From: Octopus vulgaris
Taxonomy: Eukaryota
NCBI GenBank assembly: GCA_951406725.2
Contig: OX597831.1
Coordinates: forward strand, 32,984,001-33,048,000
Reading direction: 5' to 3'
Length of the DNA: 64,000 bases
Shown here: in pieces, positions 26,992-42,161 of the stretch
Layout: every line of letters starts with the position of its first letter
How positions within the stretch are numbered: position 1 is the first letter of the stretch
Program-made: the position numbers and the translations under genes
The notes under the pieces: generated by a model
Told to the model about the DNA's origin: nothing
Databases searched by the model: none
What the model saw: the letters and a program-made list of their open reading frames with translations, nothing else

Positions 26992-27133
26992 TGTGCATAT
27001 ATATTTGTATCTGTGCGAGAGAGATAGAGATAGAGAGAGAGGGAGCGAGAGAGAGTCTATGCACAAGATTAATGGAAAGAACAGAGTGTACTTGGAAAAA
27101 GTAATGTGTAAATAAGATACAAATAGTGAAAGG

Positions 27134-27173
<40 letters not shown>

Positions 27174-27487
27174 AAAAGAAAGAAAGAAAGAGAGAGGGAA
27201 GGAGAGAAAGAAAGAAAAAGAGAGAGTGAAAGAGTGTCGAGAGAGCGAAAAGGAAAGAAAAGAAAGAAAAAATTATAATAGGAAAGAGTAATCAGATAAA
27301 AGCGGAGAGCTTTTGAACATAAAATGGCAGAAAAACTAGCTGGATTCTCATAATATATTTAACATACGGCTTTGGTAATCTTAATTTGTGACCAATAAAT
27401 GGTTGGTCGCCATTTTGCCAACTGCAGACATATTGAAACGGCTGCATCAAAATTTTGTGTAACGAGGACTATGTAGATCCATATTCC

Positions 27488-27545
<58 letters not shown>

Positions 27546-28685
27546 CACACACACACACAAAGACACGCAAAAACGCATATGTATATATATATATATATAT
27601 ATGTGCACAGACATTATATACACGTAGATGCATACATTTGCACATGTAACCATCATATATAAGTATATATATATATATATGCATAGATTCTTACGCATGT
27701 GTATGCATGTATGTGTATGTGTGCACGTACGCATGCATACATACATGCTGGAATGCACGTAAGTTTGTATGAAGGCAGATATATGTATGTATGTATATAT
27801 ATATGCATATGTTCATTTAATTACTTGTATATGTGCGTGTGTCTATGTGTGAGTACATCTATGGATGGCGCCAATTGCATATATATTTTCATGTACATAT
27901 CTTTCCCTCTCACTGTCTCTCTCCCTCTCATTCTCCCTCTCCCTCTCTCTTTCTCTCTCTCTCATATATAATCTGATGTGTGTGTTTGTATGTATGCATA
28001 TGTATATATGTATATATATATGTATACATACATACATACATACATATATACATATATATATATACATATATATACATACATACATATATATATATTTATA
28101 CGTATATATATAACACGTACATACGCACACTAACTCTTACATTAATACTGCCACAGACTCCATCATAAAATCGTGGTAAAGAATCGAAGATTCCAGAGTG
28201 TGAATGAAGAATTTCGTGTTGTTTTTACGCACACACTAGAATATTTATTCTTCGATTAGTTTCTTCAGCAATGCTGTCAAATGTTATAATTTTTTATAGT
28301 TGGTTAACAAAAAGAAAAGAAAGTAAAAAAAAAATGAGAGTCAAGCTGAAAACTAGAGAGAAAAATAAAGAGACAGTTATTTATGTATTTATTTTTTTCG
28401 GAATCTATATTCTTATGTGATTCTATTCCCCCTGTGTATTGTTTCCTATATTCCGTTTCTCATAATCCCAGCTACCGCACACTTCTATAACACGGTTAAG
28501 TGAATTGTAGATATGTTAAAGTGAACCATGATTGAATAAAGCAGACGATGAAAGATTTATATGGCGGCAGATAGCGGTGAAGGTCACGTGTTTAATGTAA
28601 AGTTGCGAAGCCAGTCTACATTGTTTTGTGTTCACTATTAACGTGTTGAAGAAATGCTTTCCACAAAAACATTTTTATTTATAAT

Positions 28686-28761
<76 letters not shown>

Positions 28762-28991
28762 CACACACACACATAACTGTGTGTATATAAGTATGTAAGC
28801 ATTGTTAAGTATTATATATATTACGTATTTTTGTATGCGTAAATATACATATAAATACGTGTATATATATATGTGTGTGTGTGTACATGAAGTAATACAT
28901 AATATGTATACATACATTCATAATATAATATACATACATGCACATAAACACACTCACAAGCATACACATACACGTACACACACACACACAT

Positions 28992-30427
28992 ATTGTTAGT
29001 ATTTCTTTTTATCACAGATTTATTGGAACTCCTGGAGCCTTGCATGCGTGGCGGTTTTACTACCTGCAGCCTATGGTACCATGCCATCTCGTTCTTTCCA
29101 GCTTTCCTGATTATTCGTTCCACGCCAAGGAGGCTAATCTATTATAGCAGTTCTCTTTTCCAATTTCTTTTATATTCCCCTTGATGCCTTCTGATACTGT
29201 CCCCAAGGACCCAACAATAATTGACACTACCTTCACATTCTTCATTTTCCATAGCCGCGCTATTTCGTACTTAAGAGGGTTGTATTTTTTTCGCCTGCCT
29301 TCTTGACTATTCTTGAATCAAAGAGGTATGCAACATCATCTATAAAGCACATGTGGTGTACCCTGTCCACCATGACTAGGTTCGGTTTGTTATACTCTAG
29401 CACCTGATCAGATTGGATTGGGAAATCCCAGAGGATTTTGCTAGTCTCCGACTCCGCCACTCTCTGCAGTTTGTTCTCATATCATGTCTTGCCTCTCTCT
29501 AGCCCCCACTTTTCGCACAGATTCCAGCCTAGCACCTTCGCCACCTGATCGTGTCGCCACAACTTGTAGTGATTTGGGGCAAGTCTAAGGAATTCGTTTG
29601 TGATATGAGCAATGGTTTAATCTAGTCTATTTACACTTGCCGCACAGCGGAGACACTTGCTCATTTCAAAGGTTGTCCATCTAGTTCGTGGCCAAAGCTT
29701 GGTCTTGGGCTGCCAGTATAGTGCCCTCGGTCTCTTTTCTTAGTGTCCATTTCTTAAGCCAATTCCACCTATTTTTCCAGCAACTTCTGTTGTGGCCACA
29801 CGGAATTGATTGTGTAGTCCCTTCTTGTGTAATCCTTCTTCGTGTCCTTTTTTCTACTTCTTCCTTTGCTTTCTCTTTTTTCTTTCTTGCAATTGTCTCT
29901 CGTTCCTAACTGACCCCAGCAAAGTTTCCTTACTTTGGGCTAGGGATCTCATTAAGATCTCGAGTTCGATGCGCATGCAGTCTTCCACACTTATCAGTCT
30001 TTTTCCTCTGTTTGCTCTCTTCATGTATAGGCGATCAGTGTCTGCACGTAGATGATGGGATCCATGCATCGTTAGGAGCTTTCTTGACTTCCTGTCCATT
30101 TCCTTTAGATCCTCCTATGTCCACTTTAGGATTCGTGCACCATACCGAACTACTGCGACTGCGCACGAGTTTATTGCCAAAATTATGTTCTGGCATTCAG
30201 CTTTGAATGCCAATATTTTTCCCACTCGCCGCAGGTCCTCTCTTTTTGTATTTTCCTTAATTTTATTGTGTTTAATTCCATCTGCCTCAAATATTCCCAG
30301 GTATTTATAGCTGGACTGAGGATGAATTGCTTTCATCATTTCACCACCTAGTAAACTTACGCCTTCTGTTCTTGCAAACTTCCCTCGTCTCATCACCATC
30401 GTAGCATATTTTGAGAACCCAAATTCC
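28992..30427 (-). mobile_element. R4/Dong-type (RLE) LINE, 5'-truncated and frameshifted
   Basis: Minus-strand peptides YKYLG; DRKSRKLLTMHGSHHLRADTDRLYMKR; RHDQVA; ILWDFPIQSDQVLEYNKPNLVMVD (RLE endonuclease region). Abuts (ATT)n at 30428. Confidence 0.9.
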
Positions 30428-30828
<401 letters not shown>

Positions 30829-31632
30829 TTCTATTATGATAAATATATCTACTGATCGAAAATTATATCATTATAATACAAACATTGTTTTAATCGTATT
30901 TCATTATGAGATTATATAAACAGGAGTCTGTGAGATAAAAAGCAGAAGAAAGGTTAAAAAAAAGAAAAAAAAGAAAAAAAGCAGGGATAAAACCTCTAAT
31001 GTTAATCGAAATCGCGATCTAATGCTTACTGGAATATGATGTTACTGACTGAACAAAAAAAGGCCTGTTGCTGTGTTGCCCTGGCATTAACGATTATGAG
31101 GAGCTTGTCTGTTGTTCCATTGCCATTTCCTCCTTTCAAGATTGAACTGCTTCAAACAACGGGTTTTTGGTTTCGATCTCGCAGCAAGGCATATTGGTCA
31201 AATATTTTTTTTTTCTTTGTTATGGGCCCTTATGGACACATACACTGAGAGCGAAATTAGGCAGACGGAAACTGAAAGGAAGACCGTTGGGGGAGGATTG
31301 TGCCTGGGATTTCGCTCGCTTACACTGTGTCATGCTGATTCTCATTGGGAAAGGGACACTTGTGTCTGTATCTGAGGAATACTCATCCACTTAAATGAAT
31401 GCTGATTCACGAGCAGGTAATTCTGCAGAACCAATAAATTTATGTATGTTATTATACGACGGAGAACCACACACACACACACACACACATATATATGTAT
31501 ATGGTTCTCCGTCGTTTAATAACATGCATAACAACAACATGAGGACAAATATCCGTCAAATGTAAATAATGTAAATAATGTAAATAATGTACATAATTCC
31601 TCATCTCTTAAATATAGAACTGGAAAACGCTC

Positions 31633-32430
31633 TCTTGTTTATATCGCTAGCGGGCGGGGGGGGGGGGCGATTCCTCGTCACCTCCAGCACCGAGGCCACC
31701 AGATCACGTGATTTCGACCCTCTTTTGGTCTTGTCAATGATGGACGCTAGTTTGTTCGAACAGAACACACACGTTCAAGCGGAGATAAATATTACGCCTC
31801 GGAATTAAATCAGCTTCTGTCGCTAATGCATAACTTTTAGCAAGCTCACTGGATGACCACGACACCAGCGCCTGTTCGGGAACTGTTTCGTTTTCGATAT
31901 CGCTGGCAGGGAGATGAGTCGCTGCTACCTCTAGCAGTCGAGCAGCATCCATCATTGGTCGATTTTACGTGATCTGGTAGATTGGCGCCGGAGATGGCGA
32001 GGATTTGTGGAAGCACTCCGTCGCTTACGACGACGAAGGTTCCGGTTGATCCGAATCAACGGAACAGCCTGCTCGTGAGATTAACGTGTAAGTGGTTGAG
32101 TATTCCACAGACACGTGTACCCTTAACGTAGTTCTCGGGGATATTCAGCGTGACACAGAGAGTGACAAGGCCAACCCTTTGAAATACAGGTACAACAGAA
32201 ACAGGAAGTAAGAGTGAGAGAAAGTTGTGGTGAAAGAGTACAGCAGGGATCACCACCATCCCCTGCCGGAGTCTCGTGGAGCTTTAGGTGTTTTCGCTCA
32301 ATAAACACTCACAACGCCCGGTCTGGGAATCGAAACCGCGATCCTATGACCGCGAGTCCGCTGTCCTAACCACTGGGCCATTGCGCCTCCACGACGAGGA
32401 TTTATCTCCCCGCTAACGATATAAACAAGA
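31633..32430. mobile_element. Old MITE/fold-back element with long imperfect TIRs, interrupted by a SINE
   Basis: CTCTTGTTTATATCGCTAGCGGG (31633) vs CCCGCTAACGATATAAACAAGAG (32408-32430). Inner arms 31670-31720 vs 31955-32005. Related fragment at ~34965-35002. Confidence 0.65.
32007..32392 (-). mobile_element. tRNA-derived SINE family B (full length)
   Basis: Same head as family A, different tail. TSD GGCGAGGATTT (31996-32006) / GACGAGGATTT (32393-32403). Confidence 0.92.
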
Positions 32431-32909
32431 GTGCATCTGCACCAAAAACCAATACGAGAGCTTCTCTCATGCTATCTACTGCAGTATAGGTTGTTCTTAC
32501 AGAACATGCACGTTCAAGTGGGGATAAACATGTGATGTGATGCGCGCGTGTGTGTATGAATTAATTTATGCAAGGAAACGGTTGACTGTAAAAGCTAATA
32601 AACATGTACTGTACAAAAATGTGTCGAGGAATGATTCAATTTAACGTCGCATTGCTTTTGTACGTATATTATTTACATGTGTGTATGTGCGTTTGTCTGT
32701 GTGTGTGTGTAATATATACTTAGAGATTGTGTAAATTTGTGCGTATATAACAGTTAACATTTGCTGTGTGTGTGTGTACTTAATATTTTTCATATATACA
32801 CAATATTATACGATATATATGCATATGCGCGTGTGTGGTGGGGTAAATGAACTCATGTAAGAAATAAGAGTACATTTCTATGTTTAAAAATGTGTTAGAG
32901 TGTATAATG

Positions 32910-32947
<38 letters not shown>

Positions 32948-32968
32948 CACTTATATATATATACATAC

Positions 32969-33010
<42 letters not shown>

Positions 33011-33043
33011 TGCACTTATATAAATATATATATACGCACACAC

Positions 33044-33101
<58 letters not shown>

Positions 33102-33893
33102 TATATATTTATATATGCATGTATACATGTGTGTGTGTGTGTATAATGATGAAGTTGTATCAAAGTGACGAATCATAAAAAATGTCTATGAGAAAAACTA
33201 CAAGATTGAATTTCTATTAAATCTCAGATTCACTCACTGGAGAATATAATTTCAATGAGTGCCGAGCATCGGGATTGAACCTGGGGCAAAGACCTCAATG
33301 ACCCAGCTGTAGCCTAGCATATGATGGTAAAAAGAAACAATTTGATTTTCAGCTGTAGCTATTATTAACTCTGGGATTTCGTCACAACAGTAGACATTGT
33401 GAAGAAGAATATGAAAAAATAATGCTGTCTATGTATGTGTGAGGGTATGTGTGTGGGTTTGTGTGGGTTTCTGTGTGTGTATGTGTGTGTGTGTGTATGT
33501 CTGTGTATTAGTGTGTATGTGTATGTCTGTGTATTAGTGTGTATGTGTGTGTATGTGTGTATGTGTGTGTATGTGTTTGTGTATGTATATATGTATGTGT
33601 ATATACTTGTGTGTATGTGACATTGTATAACTGTATGAAGATATGTGTTTGTATATATTTGTTTGCATGAGCTTCGTGTATTTCTATGCTTATGTATGTG
33701 CATCTATAAAGCTGTGTGTATGTGGCGTGCTATACTTGTATGCGTATATATATATATATATATATGTATGGTGTTGTATACCTGTATGAGTATATTTTAG
33801 TATGTATATACTTGTATGCGTGTAACTTTGTACATATGTGTGTATATATGAGCATGTACATACCTCTATGTGTGTAATATATATATATGTTAA

Positions 33894-34293
33894 GGCGGCG
33901 AGATGGCAGAAACGTTAGCACGCCGGGCAAAATGCTTAGCAGTATTTCGTCTACCGCTATGTTCTGAGTTCAAATTCCGCCGAGGTCGACTTTGCCTTTC
34001 ATCCTTTCGGAGTCGATAAATTAAGGACCAGTTATGCACTGGGGTCGATATAATCGACTGAATCCGTTTGTCTGTCTTTGTTTGTACTGTCTGTGTTTAG
34101 ACCCTTGTGGGTAGTAAAGAAATAGGTATTTCGTCTCTCGTTATGTTCTCAGTTCAAATTCTGCTGAGGTCGACTTTACCTTTCATCCTTTCGGGGTCGA
34201 TAAATTAAGTACCAGTTGCGTTCTGGGGTCGATCTAATCGACTGGTACCCCACTCCCCAAAATTTCGAGCCTTGTGCCCAGAGTAGAAAAGAA
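33894..34293 (+). mobile_element. SINE family D, dimeric/partially duplicated
   Basis: GTATTTCGTCT...GTTCAAATTC..GAGGTCGACTTT.CCTTTCATCCTTTCGG.GTCGATAAATTAAG.ACCAGTT occurs twice, each followed by a different tail. Confidence 0.88.
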
Positions 34294-34356
34294 TATATAC
34301 ATATGTTATATGCACATATGCATCTAATGTGTGTATGTTATATATGTATAAGGTAT

Positions 34357-34795
34357 AGCGCAGGTGTGGCTGTGTGATAAGTAGCTTGCTACGAACCACA
34401 TGATTCTGTGTTTAGTCTCACTGCGTGGCACCTTGGGCATGTGTCTTCTACTATAGCCTTGGGCCGATTAAAGACTTTTGAGTGGATTTGAAAGACGGAA
34501 ACTGAAAGAAGCCCGTCACACACACACACACACACACACACCTATATATGTGTGTATGTGTGTGTGTGTGTGTGTGTCTGTGTGTCTGTGTGTGTGTCTC
34601 TGTGTGTGTGTGTCTGTGTTTGTCCCCCCACTAACGCTCGACAACCGATGTTTGTGTGTTTACGTCCCCGTAACCTAGCAGTTCGGCAATGGTGACCGAT
34701 AGAATAAGTATTAGGCTTACAAAGAATAAGCTCTGGGGTAGATTTGTTCGACTAAAACCCCTTAAGATGGTGCTCTAGCATGACCGCAGTCATGA
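34357..34795 (+). mobile_element. SINE family C (full length)
   Basis: GCGCAGGTGTGGCTGTGTG head, CACCTTGGGCA core, internal (CA)/(TG) tract, tail GGTGCTCTAGCATGACCGCAGTCA. Confidence 0.88.
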
Positions 34796-35000
34796 ACTCA
34801 GAATATAAGAAACCGGAAGAAATGCTGCTAATCATTTTGTCCGGCTGTTTCCGCTTCTGCCAGTTCACCGCCTCAGACACGGATTATACTGGATAAAAGT
34901 TTTGACACAAGACCAGCAATATTGGGGAGGGGGGGGCTATGTCCATTACGTCGACCCCAGAACTTGATCTGGTAGATCGGCGCCTGAGATGGCGAGGATT

Positions 35001-35058
<58 letters not shown>

Positions 35059-35084
35059 GTAGTAATAATAATAATAATAACAAC

Positions 35085-35550
35085 AAAAAACAAAAATCAT
35101 GCCTCCTCACTGATATGACTGTCCCAAACAATATAAACGTGCCAAAAACTGAGCAAGTATAAAGATCTTGAAATAGAAATTAGCAAAATGTGGAACCTGA
35201 AGACTTAAACAATACCTGTTGTCATAGGTGCCCTAGGAATGATAGCAAAAGTGGCTGATTGCTACCTAGCTCAGATACCAGGAAACCCCAAAATGGCAGA
35301 AATTCAAAAGATAGTGCTCAAGGGAACTGCCCATATCCTACGTAAAATTCTGTCTGTGTAATCTCAAATTTTAAAACAAACACATAATTTTTATGGTTTC
35401 TTAAACATTCTCTAGAACAATTCTTTGGACAAAACCAAATATATGGCGCCCTAGGCATAACACCAGCATGAACTTCTAACTTGTCTGTTGAGGTCTCTGG
35501 GTGAGACTTGGATTCAACTTGTACAAATGCAAAGCAAAAGTCAAACATAA
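35085..35550 (+). mobile_element. R4/Dong-type LINE 3' fragment in (TAA)n
   Basis: Paralogue of 35828-36308 with an internal deletion and a stop. (TAA)n on both sides. Confidence 0.88.
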
Positions 35551-35590
35551 AATAATAATAATCATCATCATAATGATAATAATGATGATG

Positions 35591-35628
<38 letters not shown>

Positions 35629-35702
35629 CATAGCAATAATAAAAATAACAAAAAACAAGAACAATAACAACAACAACAATAATGATGATGATAATAATAA
35701 TG

Positions 35703-35827
<125 letters not shown>

Positions 35828-36308
35828 CAGAGAAAGAACATGCCTCCTCATTGATATGACTGTCCCAATCGATATAAACGTATCTGTCAAAACCTACCAA
35901 AAACTGAGCAAATATAAAGATCTTGAAACAGAAATCAGCAAAATGTGGAACCTGAAGACTAAAACAATACCTGTTGTCATAGGTGCCCTGGGAATGATAG
36001 CGAAAGGGGCTGATTGCTACCTAACTCAGATACCAGGAAACCCCAAAATGGCAGAAATTCAAAAGATAGTGCTCATGGGAACTGCTCATATCCTACGCAA
36101 AATACTCTCTATGTAATCTCAAGGTTTAAAACAACCTTTTTTTAAAAATTTATTTATTAGACATTCACTAGGACAACACCAAAAAACCCCCCAAATATAT
36201 GGCACACTAGGCATAACAACAACGTGAACTTCCAACCTGTTGTCTCTTGAGGTCTCTGGGTGAGACTTGGAGCCAACTTGTACAAACCTAAAGCAAAAGT
36301 CAAACATA
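35828..36308 (+). mobile_element. R4/Dong-type LINE 3' fragment in (TAA)n
   Basis: CLLIDMTVP...KLSKYKDLETEISKMWNLKTKTIPVVIGALG...GTAHILRKILSM* (RLE C-terminus) plus 3' UTR, ending in (TAA)n. Confidence 0.92.
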
Positions 36309-36375
<67 letters not shown>

Positions 36376-36421
36376 CACTCGGCGAGAAACGGAAGAAAAT
36401 TTGAAGAAAGAAGGAAAAAAC

Positions 36422-36516
<95 letters not shown>

Positions 36517-36665
36517 CCTTTCTACTAAAGGAACTAGTCGTTTACATCGATACCCACGACACCCAGTATTTCATTAGTACTTAATTTATCGACCCCGAAA
36601 TGTGAAAGGCAAAATTGACCTTGGCGGGATTTGCAATCCGAATGTAAAAACGGACGAAATGCTAC
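36517..36665 (-). mobile_element. SINE family D fragment
   Basis: GTACTTAATTTATCGACCCCGAAA..GAAAGGCAAA.TTGACCTTGGCGG.ATTTG. Confidence 0.75.
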
Positions 36666-36855
36666 TAAAGGAAATATTTCAAGACATTTGATTCCTCACA
36701 GAGAATCACAGGCAATCATTTTCCAAGAACTTTCCAATCATTTTGAAAAGTTCGCTTAATATCCGGTTATACACACATACACACACATATGTATATATAT
36801 AAATATATATACATATATTTGTATATGCATATTTCTCTGTCTCTCTGTCTCTCTG

Positions 36856-36923
<68 letters not shown>

Positions 36924-36931
36924 TATATATC

Positions 36932-37616
<685 letters not shown>

Positions 37617-38111
37617 CATATATATCTACATACACACACGCACACATATATGTATACATACATATATATCCATGCATATATACATATCTGTATGTGTGTG
37701 CACATATAATATATTTATATGTGTGAGTGTGTGTTTGTGAGTGTTTCTTGTATGTGTGTGTGAATTTGACAGTGCAGGTGTGTGTAGAAAGATCATTCTG
37801 TAATAGAACGTAAATTTACATCCATAAATATCAAAAGACCAAAGGAGATATTTGTCAATAGACGCACACACGCACACACGCGCGCACACACACACATATA
37901 TACAAACACACGCACACACACAGATTGACACATATTTGTGTATAAGGATAACTTCTCAGCAAATATATAGACATGAGTGTGCAACTACAAATGTACATGT
38001 TTATATATATATATTCAAACGTACACACATATATATATACAAAATACATATATACATATACACACACATATACATACATACATACATACATACATACATA
38101 CACACAAACAT

Positions 38112-38149
<38 letters not shown>

Positions 38150-38234
38150 GTATATATACAGACATGTACACACACACACACATATATATACTCTATACTT
38201 ATGTATATATTTGCATATATACAAAATATTTACA

Positions 38235-38286
<52 letters not shown>

Positions 38287-38317
38287 CACATATATATAAA
38301 TACACAAACACAATACA

Positions 38318-38395
<78 letters not shown>

Positions 38396-38808
38396 ATATA
38401 TGTATGTATGTACGTGTGTATGTATAAAAGGTGTGAGACTGTCTGATATTCCAAAGAAAAAAGCCACCAAGCGGGAAGTGTTACATTTTAATTAGTTTGT
38501 GTTGGGGCTTTTAAAGTATTAAAGGTTTTCATTTTTCAGGAGTTTTTGATTAGTTCTCCAGCTTTTGCCAATTTTTTGGGAAATTTCCAGGCATCAAAAC
38601 TTTGGATTCTAATAATTATTGCCTGTCTGATTGTCTTTGAGTCAGTCTGTCTGTTTGTCCGCTTATTATCAATACGTCTGTAACTGCCTGCTGTATGTAT
38701 GTATGTATGTATGTATGTATGTATGTATGTATGTATGTATGTATGTATGTATGTACGTACGTATCTATATATAGATAAATATATATATAGATACACACAC
38801 ACACACAC

Positions 38809-38860
<52 letters not shown>

Positions 38861-38878
38861 ACCTATCTGTCTATCTAG

Positions 38879-38935
<57 letters not shown>

Positions 38936-39098
38936 CATATATACATATATGTATATATATATATATCTATATATATAAGCACACACGCGCGCACGACTGT
39001 ATGGATATTTGTAAAACATGCATGGATTACATATATATACATACATATACATATATTCTGATATATATATAATATAATATAATATAATATTATGTGTG

Positions 39099-39157
<59 letters not shown>

Positions 39158-39398
39158 CGTGTGTACATATGCATACGTGTCTGTATACGTAAGTATGCAT
39201 ATTAGTGTACATAAATTTATTTGTAAATAAACGTGTTCCGGGTGTCCCACGAGGGTGACTTCAATTACCATTATGTTAATGGCTAAATGATGCTTGGCTT
39301 ATGGGATTCTTTGTGTAATTATACATAATTAGTTTAAGATTATTATATGTACATACACAACATATATACTTGTACAGAGATGTATACATACATTCATG

Positions 39399-39481
<83 letters not shown>

Positions 39482-39506
39482 CATATATGCATCTCTCTCT
39501 CTATCA

Positions 39507-39549
<43 letters not shown>

Positions 39550-40469
39550 TATATATATTGATGTTGTTTGTTATGAGATTTCTGCACCTTAATGGTGGAC
39601 GAAGGCCTCTCAACTATAGATGTTGTTGGCAGAGAGAAGACAACATGCAATTTAGGACCTATGAAAAATAATGTGCTTCAAAGATTTTTCGCATGGCACG
39701 CTGAGACGTCTCTGAGTTGCAGCCGCTTGAAAATAAGAAAATATATAACATGCGCATACGTTGATACCCCCAAACACGCGCCCCGCAGATAGAGAGGGAG
39801 AGAGTGACAGAGCGAGAGAGAGAAAAAAAGAGAGAGAGAGAGAGAGAGAGAAAGTGAGAGAAAGAGAGAGAAAGAAAGTGAGTAAATGGACGTGTGTGTG
39901 TTTTTGTGCGGACATCTATTCATTAACATGAATAGTATTCTTGTTAAATAATAATATATAAACATATATATATACGCGTATTTCTTATTTATATATATAG
40001 ATATACATTAACATACGCATCTGTATATCATGCGCACACACACGCACACACACATACATATATACACATACATACACACATACAAACACACACGTTGAGT
40101 TGCTCACTGTAAAGTCTATATTAAGCTTTAGTTAAATATAAACTAACGCACGTATTCCGAACGAAACAGCTGTTGGAAATAATTTTATGTTAATTTATCT
40201 ATGAAGTTTAAAACTTTTCTCTTTGCATTTTATATACTATTTGATTAGCTTTATATGCGTATGTTAAAATATATATTTGCGTGTGTTGCGTAGTAGCATT
40301 AATTAAACTGCGCGTTTGGCATGATGGTGATCAACGTAGCGAATTGCAATGCTACATTGCTTTCTGATCGTTATTGTTGTTTAGCTTTACTCAAAACGAG
40401 TAGACCTATAGATGAAAAATATCACATCCTAAACCTTTGGAGTCTTTTTCTTTTCATACAGTGTATGTA

Positions 40470-40655
40470 GTGAAGTCGCATGGCCTCGTAGTTAGGATGT
40501 CGCACTCTCAATCCTAAGACCTTGGTTTCGATTCCTGTATAGAGTGGTGCATTGTGTTCTTGAGCAATACACTTCATCCCAGTCTACTTAGCTGTAAATG
40601 AATTCCAGTTATAGCTGGGAATTTAAGCTTGCGATGGACTAGCTTCCAATTCAGT
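40470..40655 (+). mobile_element. Old tRNA-derived SINE
   Basis: GTGAAGTCGCATGGCCTCGTAGTTAGG head, GGTTTCGATTCC B-box-like motif, TTGTGTTCTTGAGCAATACACTT, GCGATGGACTAGC. Confidence 0.65.
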
Positions 40656-40657
40656 AG

Positions 40658-40807
40658 GTCACCCGGGTGAAAGACCACCTTACGAGTCCTAGGGCTGATA
40701 ACGGACCTAAATGTATTTGTCATTTGTTCTCAGTCACCCGGGTGAAAGACCACCTTACAAGTCCTAGAGCTGATAACGGACCTAAATGTATTTGTCATTT
40801 GTTCTCA
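40658..40807. repeat. 75-bp tandem duplication
   Basis: GTCACCCGGGTGAAAGACC...TTTGTTCTCA twice (40658-40732, 40733-40807), with two substitutions. Confidence 0.95.
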
Positions 40808-41250
40808 CTGTAAATTGTGGAAATTTCAGAGGGATTTGGCTACAATTTTTAACATGTCGAAAGACTGCTTTGCAGTCTTCCAGACGATCTTAAGGGTAAA
40901 GATAAGCAATCCGAAGGTGACGGCCCCACTTCTCACTTTACCTGCTAAAAAGAACTAACAAATTCTCTAGAGCACATTATATCGTCATAGAAAAGGAACA
41001 GCACATTGAATAATGTAGCGTTCAAAATGCAGAAAATATTAAAAATATATAAATGAACAAGATAGGCATGGCTGGTGATGGATGAAGGTTTATTTGAAGA
41101 TAAACAACAACGAAAGGTTCGAGTTACCAAATATTGTTCTGTTTTTCAATCAAAGAATTGAAAAATCAATGGTTTTCTCTTCTGTTTGTTTATATTAACT
41201 TATTCTTACATTTTCCCCAAGAACTTTTGAGATTATGGTACTATATATTC

Positions 41251-41965
41251 ATTGATTGATTGATTCTAGTTTCAGCTTATGAGCTGTGGCCATGCTGGGG
41301 CACCGCCATTTGGTGTTGCTACTTGGTTTCACTTCATGGAGGCTTTCTAGCAACTGCTATTTGGTGCATGAGAGAGTTCGATGCAGCTGCCCTCATCTGC
41401 CCCTCCTGCCGTGAAGTTGGTTCATCTGGGACACCTGACAGGAAGAGATCCAGCTTCATTTTAAAGACATCTGTATCCACCCCATGCAGGTCTCTCAGGT
41501 TCTTCGGGAGGATATTGAAGAGCTGTGGGCCTCGGAAGCCCAGGCTATCACAGAATCTTGTCCTACATCTTGATGGCAAGTTTGGAGTCCTAGGCACCAC
41601 GCAGTGGCGCCCAGTTCTGGCATTTGCGTAACTCTCGATGCCAAAGTTCAGGACACTTCCCTCCAGGATCTTCCAGATGTATATTATGGCATATCTTTCC
41701 CGCCTACGCTCCAGGGAATATAATTTTAATCTCTTGAGTCTTTCCCAGTAGCTTACATTCTGCATAGAGGCTATCTTCTTCGTGTAGCTTCGTTGGATCG
41801 CCTCAAGTTCTGTGATCAACTTGACACTGGATGGTGACCATAGCTGAGAGCAATAGTCAAAGTGGCTTAGGACAAGTGTCTTCCAGAGGACCATCATGGT
41901 TTCTTGTTCTCTTGTTCTAAAGGTTCTAAGAATCCATCCAGCCAGCCGTCTGCATTTCATTGTCA
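41251..41965 (-). mobile_element. CR1/L2-group LINE 3' end (RT C-terminus plus tail)
   Basis: ORF LVLSHFDYCSQLWSP...YWERLKRLKLYSLERRRERY...FKMKLDLFL. 3' stem-loop and (AATC)n tail. Confidence 0.92.
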
Positions 41966-42113
41966 TATATACATACATATATACATACATATATATATAT
42001 ATATTTATTTATTTATTTATTTATAAGTTTATGTGTATACATATGTATATATAAATATATATATATATATACATAAGTATATATACTTATACCTATATAT
42101 GTATATATATACC

Positions 42114-42161
<48 letters not shown>

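Noticed and set aside
31441-31530. Short inverted repeat around a (CA)n(TA)n loop
   Set aside because: A real ~28-bp inverted repeat, but too short to classify. Probably another small fold-back remnant.
40658-40807. Repeat pair resembling a CRISPR array or retrozyme tandem
   Set aside because: Two abutting 75-bp units with no spacers and no cas genes. CTGATAA and GAAA are present but I could not form the hammerhead stems.
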